A stretch of 64,000 bases of DNA from Histomonas meleagridis 2922-C6/04-290x. Taxonomy: Eukaryota > Protista > Parabasalia. Of the stretch, positions 43,649 through 55,834 are shown one piece after another. The DNA lies in the NCBI GenBank assembly GCA_020184695.1, contig JAANOX010000247.1, forward strand, positions 1 to 64,000. The letters are read 5' to 3'. The notes below the pieces were generated by a model that did not search any database, was not told the origin of the DNA, and saw only the letters and a program-made list of their open reading frames with translations. How positions within the stretch are numbered: position 1 is the first letter of the stretch; each line of letters begins with the position of its first letter. Position numbers and translations under genes: made by a program.

Positions 43649-43986
43649 ATAAACTGTCCTGTATACACTGTTTTCGGAATAACAATACTTAAAATTAGAT
43701 TATCGACTAAATTAATTTTTACTCATTAACACATTTGTCAAATTACAATGTGTAAGCTGTATCAGAATATTTAAAAATCATTTTCTAATTGTATTTTTAA
43801 TCTAAATAAACAAAATATAGAGAATACTTTATCATATTTTCTCATGCCATTAACATTAGAAATTGAAATTTTATTTTTGAGCCTAATGTTCATCAAACAA
43901 AGAAGGTGCATATTATGTATAACATCAAATAGTCGAAAGAATACTGAAATCAGTTTCGTTGTGTAAAGTATTCAAAAAGTCGGAAT

Positions 43987-44973
43987 TTAATACACAACAA
44001 CGAAACTTCCTTTTGGCGCAGTCTTTGGATCTGCGTTACGGTCAATCAAAAGCTCGAGTGACTTTGGGAAAGTTTGGTCATAATTTTTTGAAAGTGGAAC
44101 ATTGGATATATCTAAAATACGAAGCTCTGATAAACCGCATAAAAACTTAAATGAAAACCCTTCGACCAGAGAGTTGCCTCTTAAGCTTAGAGTGTTTAGT
44201 TTGTTTAAATTAAAAATCCAATCTGGTAATATGGTGACATTTGTATAAGATAAGTCTAAGGTTATAAGGTTTGGGAACACTTGTAGTTGCTGCGGAAGTG
44301 TGGATGAAAGATTGTTGAATGATATTGACAGATATTCTAATTGAGGGAAAAGTGAGCCATCAAGAAGCTTTGGCCATTGTGTGAATGCATTGTTACTAAG
44401 ATTTAATCCTTGGAGGTTACTCCAGTGAACTTCATCAGGGAGTTGAGAAATATAATTAAATGATAAATCTAGAGAAACAATGTTCTTTGGAGGATTTGCA
44501 AGTTCTGGAGGAATTAGCGTAAGCCCACAATCGTGAAGGCTAAGGTATCTTAGATGAGTGAACTTTTGAAACTTTTTAAATGGTGAAAGAGAAGAGAAGA
44601 ACGTCCCATTGAAATCAAAAAATACCATTTCTTTGTGGTTACCTTTACGCTTTATATGTTTCATTTTTGGATCTTTGACTTGAACGCGTGAAAGGGAAAA
44701 ACTTGTATTTGAATCTGCAAATAAATTATTGTAATCGTTTTTCGTCATTTGCGGATACTTACGTTCTTTTGGATGGGGTATTTTGTTTGCGGCCATTAAT
44801 TTGTTGATAAATGAATGGCTATTCAAAGTATAAAGATATCGCCAAAGTGCACGTGATATTTGGACTTTTTGACGCTCCTCATCAAGAATTGCTGAAGAAA
44901 AGGTATTTTTGTTTTTGGTAAAAACTTCATTTAGTGTTTTTATGTTGACTTTTGGTCCATTCGAGTTGAACAT
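43987..44973 (-). CDS. Leucine-rich repeat protein
   Basis: C-terminal LRRs (LRYLSLHDCGL, LDLSFNYI, LNLSNNAF, LSISFNNL, LDLSYTNV); first ATG at 44973. Confidence 0.85.
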   Translation of the reverse strand: MFNSNGPKVNIKTLNEVFTKNKNTFSSAILDEERQKVQISRALWRYLYTLNSHSFINKLMAANKIPHPKERKYPQMTKNDYNNLFADSNTSFSLSRVQVKDPKMKHIKRKGNHKEMVFFDFNGTFFSSLSPFKKFQKFTHLRYLSLHDCGLTLIPPELANPPKNIVSLDLSFNYISQLPDEVHWSNLQGLNLSNNAFTQWPKLLDGSLFPQLEYLSISFNNLSSTLPQQLQVFPNLITLDLSYTNVTILPDWIFNLNKLNTLSLRGNSLVEGFSFKFLCGLSELRILDISNVPLSKNYDQTFPKSLELLIDRNADPKTAPKGSFVVVY

Positions 44974-45787
44974 TTTTAACGGCAAAACAAAAACCGTTTT
45001 AAGCTATCAAAATTCAAATTCAAAAATTATATGGTCACGAAAAACGATGATCTAAAATACGAAAATAAGTTGTATGGTCTCTACATTAAAAGACAAATAC
45101 TTAGATATTAAAAATTCGATGTTTGCCCATTGTTGGATATTTTATCTAAAAGAAGAAATAATTTAACGTCTTATCTATTTACGATTGTTTAAAGAAGACA
45201 TATCATCATTGACTGTTTTATTGTATTATCATTGCATCCATCCTCCACTAAATAACCCAGTGGGTTATATGTAGTTTTCCTTATGAATCACATTTTTTTT
45301 TCATATGACGATAGAAAATTTCAATAAACGATGCAAAAATTGAATGCCATTTCACGTATCTCTAAAAATAGATTATCTTGAAAATAATGAATGATTTAAA
45401 AACACTTAATAACCAAAATTTAGATCTTAATTTAAAAAAATAATTGATTTAATGATAATTAATAAAGATATTTGAATTTAAAAATTATTAAAACCGTTTT
45501 GTTTCAATGAAAACAAATTCCTTTCATCACGAGTGATGAAAAATTCGGGGAATCGCTTTCTCCGTCAGACAGACCTTGTTATACTATAAGGATGAGCAAG
45601 AATCTGTGTTAAGGAAGTAAAATTTATTTTTAAATACAGATGACATATTTACGTATGCAGGAATTGCATGAATTCTTTTATTCGAAAAGGCAGTGATTGC
45701 TTTTCCGAAATGAGCGTTATTTTCAGAAAAAATTTAATAAAAATTAATAAATATAATTAATTAATTAATTTATTCACACAATTGATA

Positions 45788-46600
45788 TTATATTCCGATA
45801 AAGTCATCATATTCTTCTTCATTGTCAATATAAAACAACGATTTTGTCTTTGAGTAAAAAGATTCATTTTCAATTTGAATCCATTCTGTCCCCAGAACAC
45901 CCTCAAAGAATGGATGCTCTGCTATCTCTAATGCACTTATGCGCTTTCGTGGATCGATTTCAAGTGTTTTTTGGATTAAATCTTTCATATCTGGATATTG
46001 CTCAAATATTTTTTCGGCATCATTATGAATTAAGAATAAAAATATAAGGCCATAATTTAATACGTCAGATGAATATGAAGTTGAATCATTATCAACTAAT
46101 TTAATGGAATTTTCAAAATCAATAATTTGTGGTTTTGGATCTTCATTTTCTATGTCATCTACAACTATGTTTGATGGATTGATATTTCTTAGGAGAACAT
46201 TATTACTATGTAATGCTGAAAGAGCAACAGCAATTCGATACATAATAATCGAAATGAAACGAACTGAAAGATTAGGTAATTTCTGTACTTCATACAACGT
46301 TTCGCTAAATGTGTAGGGCATAACAAGTACTTTGTAATTCCCATAATCAAATTGTTCTAAAATAGGCATTATGTATGGATGTTGAATTTCTGATTGCAGT
46401 TGAGTTTCGAAATAAGCCCTTCCAAGGTTTTCTTTTGTCATAGAAATAAATTTGAGTAAATATTTTTTTTGATACTTTGTTGCAATGTACATGCAAGAAA
46501 TATCAGTACTCGAACAGAAGTGAGCAAGTTCGTATCCATTTACGATTGAGCCAAGTTGGCTAAACATTAAAAAAATGATTTGTTCAGAGGAAGCACTCAA
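45788..46600 (-). CDS. Degenerate protein kinase (pseudokinase, CAMK-like fold)
   Basis: YLLK, ETQLQSEIQHPYIMP, LVMPY, VLLRNINPSNI (HRD lost), IIDFE (DFG lost), SDVLNYG, IDPRKRISALEIAEHPFF; no GxGxxG loop. The start is uncertain. Confidence 0.75.
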   Translation of the reverse strand: MSASSEQIIFLMFSQLGSIVNGYELAHFCSSTDISCMYIATKYQKKYLLKFISMTKENLGRAYFETQLQSEIQHPYIMPILEQFDYGNYKVLVMPYTFSETLYEVQKLPNLSVRFISIIMYRIAVALSALHSNNVLLRNINPSNIVVDDIENEDPKPQIIDFENSIKLVDNDSTSYSSDVLNYGLIFLFLIHNDAEKIFEQYPDMKDLIQKTLEIDPRKRISALEIAEHPFFEGVLGTEWIQIENESFYSKTKSLFYIDNEEEYDDFIGI

Positions 46601-46654
46601 TTTAGAAAAGCATCTTCACAAGAGGAACTTCACTCTGTTTACTAAAAAGTGACG

Positions 46655-46759
<105 letters not shown>

Positions 46760-47104
46760 TTCTTCAATATGATTCACCATATCTGACAAGATATAATGAA
46801 AACTCATTAATTAATAATAAAACAAAAATTTTTGAAAAATCAAATTATCTATTTTTAGTCCAAGAAACAATTGTTCGATGCAACATTTGGAGAAGAAAAA
46901 TCGAATCTGTATATTATTCGCTATGTAAATTATCAATTACAGCAACTCCATCAGCATATGCTGGACTACAATATGCTACAATTAAATCTTCAGCTTCTTG
47001 ATATGCTGCCATTGCTCAATTTGTACTTTCTCGTACATTTCCAATTTCCTGTTTCATCATTTTAATATTTAAAGAAACAATCTTAAATGAAAAGAAAATG
47101 TTTA

Positions 47105-47812
47105 TTATAGAGGAAGCTTTTGAATATCTTTCATTTGATTGGTCCAAAGGAAAGGATCAGATGTTTCAATTTCGATTTTGCTTGCACCTTTAGCAATTTC
47201 GTTACTTGAACTTATAAACTTTCCCATTTCTAGTGGGAAATGGATATCCCATTTGAGGCCTTTTGTTTTAAGATTTCGAATTGGGCGTGCAATTGGAAGA
47301 ATTCCACAAATTGGTGTTGTCCATTTCTGATTACAGATGATTCCTTTGTCGTTTGGTCTTACCCAAGTGGCCACATTTGAGTCATCTATAAAGAATATCT
47401 TGTGTTCTGGGTGTGCAAGGCCTGTATGGAATGTTGCAATCGTTTGATCTAAACGACCACCTAAGCCACCAAAAACTAAAATAGGCTCTTTAAGTTTCAT
47501 CATAGAGATAACTCTTATCGATTTTTCTATGTCATTGTAGTCTTGATCAAAAAATTTTAAGAATTTTGTACCAGCTGCTTTTAACTTCTCTTCCACTTCT
47601 GGATGAACGCTGTCAAGGTCTCCTACAACAAGAGTTGGGTTTATAAGATCCATCTTTTTTTCTTTGAAGTAATTAACAAGACGATTTGCTCCACCATCAG
47701 CACAAATCTTCATTTTAGCATTGCTCCATAGTTTATCAAAAAACTTAGGGAGATAATAGTTTAATGCGAGTGCTATGTATGGCTCACCTGTCTCAAGGGG
47801 ATTCGAAATCAT
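47105..47812 (-). CDS. TPK1: Thiamine pyrophosphokinase
   Basis: ICADGGANRL, VGDLDSV, DQDYNDIEK, GGLGGRLDQ, CGILP, TKGLKWD, ISSSN. Confidence 0.93.
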   Translation of the reverse strand: MISNPLETGEPYIALALNYYLPKFFDKLWSNAKMKICADGGANRLVNYFKEKKMDLINPTLVVGDLDSVHPEVEEKLKAAGTKFLKFFDQDYNDIEKSIRVISMMKLKEPILVFGGLGGRLDQTIATFHTGLAHPEHKIFFIDDSNVATWVRPNDKGIICNQKWTTPICGILPIARPIRNLKTKGLKWDIHFPLEMGKFISSSNEIAKGASKIEIETSDPFLWTNQMKDIQKLPL

Positions 47813-48180
47813 TTTTTAAATGTTAGGTGATCAGTTTATCACAAAAAGTTGTGTTAAACCGCTAAGAATATAAAAAAATTGCAAAACTAAAAAATATATA
47901 AAAATCTTCTTTTAAAGATAGATTCTGAAAGAATAAGTAGCTAAGGCTTAATCACCTTTTATTATGTTTGTAACGATATGAAATCAAAATTTAATTCATT
48001 AAATTTTTTTTTTAAGAATCAAAGTTATCAATAATATATATTTCAACAAAAAATAGAAGTAGTTGTTCTAAATCAATATACAATGATGATTTCAAGGTAT
48101 GTGAAAGGAATTCTGCAAAAGTAAATGGATAAAATTTTCGGGGTGGTCTAAATTCTGACCAAATTTCTCATAAGGAAAAA

Positions 48181-49560
48181 ATGGCAATATCTATACATAT
48201 TTATACAATAGTTTCAATTACAATATTTGCTTCTCTAGCACTAAAAGTAATAATGACTCATGAAGATAAATACGAAGCATGTGTAACATTTTTATCAAAT
48301 AATCTCTCTTTCTTTTCTTTAATAAATTTGATGATAGTAATTGTTGTAAACATCCTAAGGCTTATGAAAATGTTTTTCATTGGGAAAATAACTGATTCAG
48401 AATTATTATCAGGCAAAGAAATCATGGACTTTTTCATTCATTTTTTCCTTCTTATACTTGTAATTGCTCGTAGAGATGAAACTCAGTATGTTAGTCTTGC
48501 TGTTTTACCATTACTTCTTAAATTTCTAATTTTCCTTGGACGAATTCGTGTTGATTCATCCACTTTATCCGAACTTTCAGTTAAAAGCCACAGCAGGCTC
48601 TTTGCCTACCAAACTCTATTAGTTATTTTATCATATTCCTTAATAATGTATTTTATCAAACGAGTTCGCACATCCACAATCTTTGCCCTTTTTGAGCGTG
48701 AATCAGTTTGTTGCATCATAGATGTTTTTACAGACATAATTCGACATATTATTGTTATCCAAGAAATTGAATCACATGGGAATAGTTATCGTTCATATCA
48801 AACCAAGACCATCATTGAGCTCCTTGGCAAGTTTCTTAAAATTGTCACCAAAGTTTGCTTCAGTCCACTCACAGGGGAACAGATGGGAGTCATCTTCGAC
48901 ATCAACGACCTCTTCAAACATGGCAAAAAGTACTACAACTGGCAGAAGCTTGTCAAAATCATACAAAGTAATCTGCAAGATCCGACGGAAGAAGATTTGC
49001 TCAGCCAAGACGTATGTATCATCTGTCGGCTACCATTAGATGTGAACAACTCAAAGAAACTTCCATGCAATCATTGTTTCCATATTGATTGCATCATTCA
49101 TTGGGTTGGAGAACAAGCGAAATGTCCTGTTTGTAGCTATGACTTAACAGCATTAATTAACCAATATAATGATAATAATAATAATAATAATCAAAACGTA
49201 GAAAATGAAGAAGAACAAAATGAAGTTGTCGAAGAATATAATTTCGAAGAGTTTTCTGACATTGATATGGAACAAGAAAATGATAACGATAAGAATAATA
49301 ACGAATCCAATGAAAATAATGAAGCAAATGATAATAATATTATTAATTTGGATGAAATGAAACCAATTCAAACAAATGATTTAACAGATACAAAACAAAA
49401 TGAAGTTGTAAATGTTAATGAAAATGATTTACAACTTGATGATCATGAAGATTTACAAAGATTGATCGCTGAACATAAAGAATTAATTAAAATATTGATA
49501 GAAGAAAATAAATTACTTCGAGAAAGAATTAAACTGATGGAAGAATCCAAAAATTTGTAA
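48181..49560 (+). CDS. Polytopic membrane RING-H2 E3 ubiquitin ligase (Hrd1/gp78-like)
   Basis: Several N-terminal TM helices; CIICR...KKLPCNHCFHIDCIIHW...CPVC; acidic tail. Confidence 0.85.
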   Translation: MAISIHIYTIVSITIFASLALKVIMTHEDKYEACVTFLSNNLSFFSLINLMIVIVVNILRLMKMFFIGKITDSELLSGKEIMDFFIHFFLLILVIARRDETQYVSLAVLPLLLKFLIFLGRIRVDSSTLSELSVKSHSRLFAYQTLLVILSYSLIMYFIKRVRTSTIFALFERESVCCIIDVFTDIIRHIIVIQEIESHGNSYRSYQTKTIIELLGKFLKIVTKVCFSPLTGEQMGVIFDINDLFKHGKKYYNWQKLVKIIQSNLQDPTEEDLLSQDVCIICRLPLDVNNSKKLPCNHCFHIDCIIHWVGEQAKCPVCSYDLTALINQYNDNNNNNNQNVENEEEQNEVVEEYNFEEFSDIDMEQENDNDKNNNESNENNEANDNNIINLDEMKPIQTNDLTDTKQNEVVNVNENDLQLDDHEDLQRLIAEHKELIKILIEENKLLRERIKLMEESKNL

Positions 49561-49677
49561 AAAAAAAATATTTATATATAATTGAAACCGTTTTCCGTTA
49601 AATAAACTATTTAAAGTTGTGAATTTTTGTATGACTTTGTTTGATGTGATACATCAAAATAAATTAAAAAAAATTTA

Positions 49678-51000
49678 ATGGAAAAACAATTTGAAATGAA
49701 AGCAAATGCACACCGATCTTCGTTAAGTGATGCATTTAATTTTGCTCTAAAGGAACATGAACTTGATGAATTTCCATTTTCTTCTCACATTAAAGATTTC
49801 GAAAACTTTTATTCATCTTTAAGTAATCAATTAAATCAAATCGATTCAAAACTTGATTTTTCAATTAATAAATTTAAAGAGTTGGACTTATTATCAAAGA
49901 AAACAATAGTAAATCAAAAGATATTTTCGATTTTTATTCAACTCCAAGAAGATATTCAAAATGAATTAATAAATCAAACGAAATATTACAAACAAGAAGA
50001 AAAGAATTTTATAGGATCGACTGAATTAATGAAAGAAGAGATAAATCAACTTAAAAATGAAATCAAAATGAACAAAACTGAAAATTATCAAATGATATTA
50101 AATCTTCGAAACATTAATGACTCAACAAATGATATCATAAATTCGTATGTTAATTTACAAAAGAAATTAATTCAAACGAATCAATACATCAATTTATATA
50201 TAACAAATTTACAAGAATTAAAAAAGAATTTTGAAGAAATAAAACAATTTCAAATTCATCTTAGTTCACAATCAACTAATTTACAAACAGTACAAAACGA
50301 ATTATCGAAAGAAGCCATAACAATTACAGTAAACATAAATGATATACAGAAAATGATAAATGAAAAGAAGTCTTTTCTTAGAGCAAAACTTCTTGAACTG
50401 ACTGCAAATGAAACAAATATCAAATCAATTAAATCGAAAATTGAACAAATTACTATAAATCGAAATGAAGCATTAAATAATTTAGAAGAAATTAATGGAA
50501 TTATCGAAGAAAGAAACAACAGGATTAATGAAAACATTAAAACATTTGACAATTTTAAAGAAAAACTCATCGAAAAACAAAATGAATTTGAACATGAATC
50601 AAGAATTAACTCCGAAAACATCAAATGTAATGAACAATTAAAAGAAAAATTGGAGTTTTTGGAGTTACAATTAGATAAATCCATTGAACTCCGAAATGAA
50701 TTATTCGGAAAAATCGAAAAAAAGAAATTATATAATTCCAAATTAAAAGAAACATTACTTTTGAGATCAACAATGTTGTCAACCGAAATAAATAACAAAG
50801 AGCATCTAATTGATAAAATTTCAAGATCAAATCATATCCTTGAAGAAAAACATAATTTCATTATCGATAAAAGTAAATCACTTAAAAAGTACCAGAAAGA
50901 GTTCCGCTCTCCCTCAATAATGCCAACAAGGTCATACTCCAGTAAGTTCAATTCGAAGCTGTTTCCTGTGCAAAGAAATTCGGAATCTCAAAGGGCTTAA
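49678..51000 (+). CDS. Hypothetical coiled-coil protein
   Basis: 440-aa ATG ORF dominated by heptads. Confidence 0.8.
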   Translation: MEKQFEMKANAHRSSLSDAFNFALKEHELDEFPFSSHIKDFENFYSSLSNQLNQIDSKLDFSINKFKELDLLSKKTIVNQKIFSIFIQLQEDIQNELINQTKYYKQEEKNFIGSTELMKEEINQLKNEIKMNKTENYQMILNLRNINDSTNDIINSYVNLQKKLIQTNQYINLYITNLQELKKNFEEIKQFQIHLSSQSTNLQTVQNELSKEAITITVNINDIQKMINEKKSFLRAKLLELTANETNIKSIKSKIEQITINRNEALNNLEEINGIIEERNNRINENIKTFDNFKEKLIEKQNEFEHESRINSENIKCNEQLKEKLEFLELQLDKSIELRNELFGKIEKKKLYNSKLKETLLLRSTMLSTEINNKEHLIDKISRSNHILEEKHNFIIDKSKSLKKYQKEFRSPSIMPTRSYSSKFNSKLFPVQRNSESQRA

Positions 51001-51063
51001 CGGCTTCCGAGGACGTTTAGTTGAATTGACAGGTTTACGCTACTGTTTGTTCGAAATAGTAAA

Positions 51064-51471
51064 ATGGAAGAAAAAGATGTTATCCAAACCTTTTGGGGAA
51101 AAATGTTAAAACCAGGAGAAAAGGTCCAATTGGAATCAAAAGATAATGCACATACAATTATGACAAATATTTGTTTTGGTGAAATTGACGAAAAATTATT
51201 GGATCAATCTTCAACAATAAAAGGAAAAGTAGAAACAATTCAAATAGATAAAATTGATCCAACAGGTGTAGGAGAACCAAAAGAAATTGTAAATACAGTT
51301 TTTGGAGTATTAACTCCAATAAAATGTGAACAAATTAAATTACGAAACTTTTTCTCCCCGCTCAGTACAGTTGAATTGGAAGTCGAGGGTCCACATAATG
51401 TATATGTTTCAGGATCATATGTTCCAATACAAAATGAAGATGAGATGGAAGAAGATATTGACGAAAAATAA
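51064..51471 (+). CDS. Nucleoplasmin-like (NPL) domain protein
   Basis: FWGKMLKPG, MTNICFG, VFGVLTP.KCEQ, LEVEGPHNVYVSGSY and an acidic tail. Confidence 0.75.
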   Translation: MEEKDVIQTFWGKMLKPGEKVQLESKDNAHTIMTNICFGEIDEKLLDQSSTIKGKVETIQIDKIDPTGVGEPKEIVNTVFGVLTPIKCEQIKLRNFFSPLSTVELEVEGPHNVYVSGSYVPIQNEDEMEEDIDEK

Positions 51472-51979
51472 AAAACTTTTTACATAAACAATTATCTTAA
51501 TATCAAATTTTATTGGAAATTTAAAATATATAACAGTAGTTATCGAATTCAATTTGCGATTTATTTCTGAATTTGATATAAATTTCACTGAACTAAACAG
51601 TGGAATGTGCACTTCGCCCGAAGAAGCAGAAATAGTTACATGAACTGCGTCAAGTTGAAGTGACGTTTAAATGCAGACAGAGTATGTCAATTCGTAACAT
51701 CATTAAGTTTGATTAACGGTCTCCCAATGACAGTTGGTTTTGTTCTACAGTGAGTCAAAACCACAACGTTTTAAAGGTGATATGGGTATTTTCTATCGGC
51801 CGATGAAGGTTCTTTCTTGTGCGGGGAGTATATATATATATATACGCTCTTTTTGATTAAATTTTATTGGGTGTATTGAAAAAATTCCATGATTGAATTT
51901 ACATAATAAGAAAAGGATAAATTGAAAAAACGCTCATTCAAATTTTCTTTAAATATTCATTTATGTTAGCAACACTTTT

Positions 51980-53200
51980 TTAATAAAAAATCAGTTTAAT
52001 TTTATATATATATTTAACTGACTTCTGAGACGGATTGATAAATTTTTCTTTTTTGCAATCATTAGCAAATTGATTTTCTTTAATATTATTTGCTGTTGAT
52101 ACACTTTGAAATGAGTTTTGGATTTTAAAATTATTTTGTTCGATATTTTTAGTCTCTTGTTCTTCACTTAAATGTTTTATATGTTTGATATTAATTAAAA
52201 GAACAACAAGTAATGATATAATAATTGGACCGACTACAGAGCAAAGTGATATGATAATTACATTTTGATTTTCATTTGTTCGAAATTTCATTGAATATAT
52301 AATTGTATAAAAATAAGAATAAAAACTATAATACTTCGAATAGCAAATGATTGTGTAATTATAATAAATGAATTCAGTCTCAATATATGTATATGATAAA
52401 TTAATATATGAAAATTTAAATGAATTTATCTGTGTATTATATTATGATAATGTTCGTGTGATAGAATATAAATATGTTAAATTGCTTATAAAAGTTAATG
52501 AAGAATTTTTAAATATGATTTGGTAAATGTATCACTTTGATTATATGTATTTAAGTTCGAATATGTATTTGAATTGTAAAATGTATTCGAATCAGAAAAT
52601 GTCATCTCCAATTGACATTCGTTAATCCTTTTACAATATTTAATGATCCAAATGTAGTGTGTCAATATGTACATAAAACAATAACGATATTTGTTGAAAT
52701 AATAACAAATGGATTACTTTCGATCATTGATGATATTTCATCTAAATAATGAGTACATTTCATTTGTGAACAATTAATAAATGAATATTTTCGATATATT
52801 TGTAATATTTTCATTCATTATAATATTTTCTAAATAAAAAATACTTGAAAATGAATATTAGGCAATATTTAATATCAACTTTGGAATAAAAAATGTATCA
52901 TTTTCTTTACCTGGTAGATATATGATGATAATTGATATGTTTTTAATATTAACAACACCATCTTGTTGATAATTAGAATAATGTGTATCATTTTCTTTAA
53001 TTTGAATATTCAACTTCAGGGTTTATTACAATTTTCAGACACATTAATTCCAATTGAAGTTACTGAATTTGGAATTATAATATTATTTAATTATGAACAA
53101 TTATAAGAAGCATGGTTCCCAAATTCATTTAAATTTTCATATAAATAAATTTTTGCGAACATAGAACAATAAGAAAAACAGTATTTTTATTTCAATTTAT
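51980..53200 (-). pseudogene. Decayed BspA-like surface protein gene
   Basis: The minus strand near 53040-53130 reads FGNHASYNCS*LNNIIIPNSVTSIG (TpLRR/LRR_5 pattern); ORF 51980-52291 carries a TM helix and cytoplasmic tail; the region between is full of stops. Confidence 0.45.
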
Positions 53201-53731
53201 CCCTATTTATACAACAAAATAAATATTGTGCTGAATCACCTGAATAATTTTCAAATATCATATTCAAAATTCTTCTTGATATTAACAAATAGCTTTAGCA
53301 GATTAATACTATACTTTCGTGTTCAAGAACTAATTTAACGAATGGAATTGTTTATAAATAGATTTTCACCCATCATTTTTAAGTCCATATTAAAAGGCTA
53401 CTAAAAATATAATGCAATTTTCTAATACATTTTGAAATATGTAAACCGAAGTAATATACATTATATAATAAATCACATGCCTAAATGCTATCATTAAAAT
53501 GCTCATTAACAAACAACAGTAAACGATACAAATTACTGAATTATTTGACTAAATTTAAAATTATTTTATTCGATAATTGAATAAAAAATATTATCACGTT
53601 ACTGCATCAACGAAAAAAGATGAAAAATTGATCTTAACAAATCGACATAAATATATTTATTTCTTATATGTTTATACATATATAAGGAAATGTTTCATTC
53701 AACACATAAATTCCAAGTAAACGGCCTCCAA

Positions 53732-53739
53732 AAACCGTT
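53732..53739 (+). promoter_or_regulatory. Myb-type upstream motif AAACCGTT
   Basis: 27 nt upstream of ATG 53767. The same or a near-identical word lies close to several other gene starts and resembles the trichomonad M3/Myb recognition motif. Confidence 0.35.
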
Positions 53740-53766
53740 TTTTTGTGGTCGTGCTAAGATTTTGGG

Positions 53767-55796
53767 ATGAAATCGGGTGCAAGATTTAACAAGCCAAAGA
53801 AACTTCTTAAAGCAACTGAAAACAGTTCAGGCTCTGAATATTATTACACATCAGATGATGATGTTAAAGATAAAACAAAAAATATCACAACAGAAAAATC
53901 AAAAACAGAGCAAACAAAATTAGTACCATCAAAACAACCTGAAGCACTAAAGCAAGAACCAAATCAGAAACTCTCAACATCACAAAAAGCACCAGCCAAA
54001 CCCGTAACTAAAAAAGAGGAATCAGATTATTCGTATTACACCTCGGAAGAAGAAGCAAAACAAAAAGCTCAACAACAACAAAAATCCCAACAACAGCAAC
54101 AACAAAAAGCACCAGTCAAACCAGTAACCAAAAAAGAAGAATCAGATTATTCGTATTACACATCAGAAGAAGAAACAAAACAAAGTGTTAAACCAGTACA
54201 ACAGAAGCAACAACAAAAAACTCAACAACAACAACAACAGCAACAACAAAAGGCACCAGTCAAACCAGTAACCAAAAAAGAAGAATCAGATTATTCGTAT
54301 TACACATCAGAAGAAGAAACAAAACAAAGTGTTAAACCAGTACAACAGAAGCAACAACAACAACAACAACAACAACAAAAAACTCAACAACAACAACAAC
54401 AGCAACAACAACAACAACAACAACAACAAAAAGCACCAGTCAAACCAGTTGCAAAGAAAGAAGAATCAGATTATTCGTATTACACATCAGAAGAAGAAAC
54501 AAAACAAAGTGTTAAACCAGTACAACAGAAGCAACAACAACAACAACAACAAAAAGCTCAACAACAACAACAACAGCAACAACAAAAGGCACCAGTCAAA
54601 CCAGTAACCAAAAAAGAAGAAACAGATTATTCGTATTACACATCAGAAGAAGAAACAAAACAAAGTGTTAAACCAGTACAACAGAAGCAACAACAACAAC
54701 AACAACAACAACAAAAAACTCAACAACAACAACAACAACAACAAAAGGCACCAGCCAAACCAGTTTGCAAAGAAAGAAGAAACAGATTATTCGTATTACA
54801 CATCAGAAGAAGAAACAAAACAAAGTGTTAAACCAGTACAACAGAAGCAACAACAACAACAACAACAACAAAAAACTCAACAACAACAACAACAGCAACA
54901 ACAACAACAACAACAACAACAACAAAAAGCACCAGTCAAACCAGTAACCAAAAAAGAAGAATCAGATTATTCGTATTACACATCAGAAGAAGAAACAAAA
55001 CAAAACACTAAACCAGTACAACAGAAACCACAACAACAACAACAACAACAAAAAGCTCAACAACAACAACAACAACAACAACAAAAGGCACCAGTCAAAC
55101 CAGTAACCAAAAAAGAAGAAACAGATTATTCGTATTACACATCAGAAGAAGAAACAAAACAAAGTGTTAAACCAGTACAACAGAAGCAACAACAACAACA
55201 ACAACAACAACAAAAAACTCAACAACAACAACAACAACAACAAAAGGCACCAGCCAAACCAGTTGCAAAGAAAGAAGAAACAGATTATTCGTATTACACA
55301 TCAGAAGAAGAAACAAAACAAAGTGTTAAACCAGTACAACAGAAGCAACAACAACAACAACAACAAAAAGCTCAACAACAACAACAACAACAAAAAGCAC
55401 CAGTCAAACCAGTTGCAAAGAAAGAAGAAACAGATTATTCGTATTACACATCGGAAGAAGAAACAAAACAAAGTGTTAAACCAGTACAACAGAAGCAACA
55501 ACAAAAAACTCAACAACAACAACAACAGCAACAACAAAAGGCACCAGTCAAACCAGTAACCAAAAAAGAAGAAACAGATTATTCGTATTACACATCGGAA
55601 GAAGAAACAAAACAAAGTGTTAAACCAGTACAACAGAAACCACAACAACAACAACAACAACAAAAAGCTCAACAACAACAACAACAACAACAAAAAGCAC
55701 CAGTCAAACCAGTAACCAAAAAAGAAGAAACAGATTATTCGTATTACACATCAGAAGAAGAAACAAAACAAAGTGTTAAACCAGTACAACAGAAGC

Positions 55797-55834
<38 letters not shown>

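Noticed and set aside
45522-45620. Box C/D snoRNA (GTGATGA box C in a hairpin)
   Set aside because: No CTGA box D at a suitable distance; mentioned only as a possible transcript.
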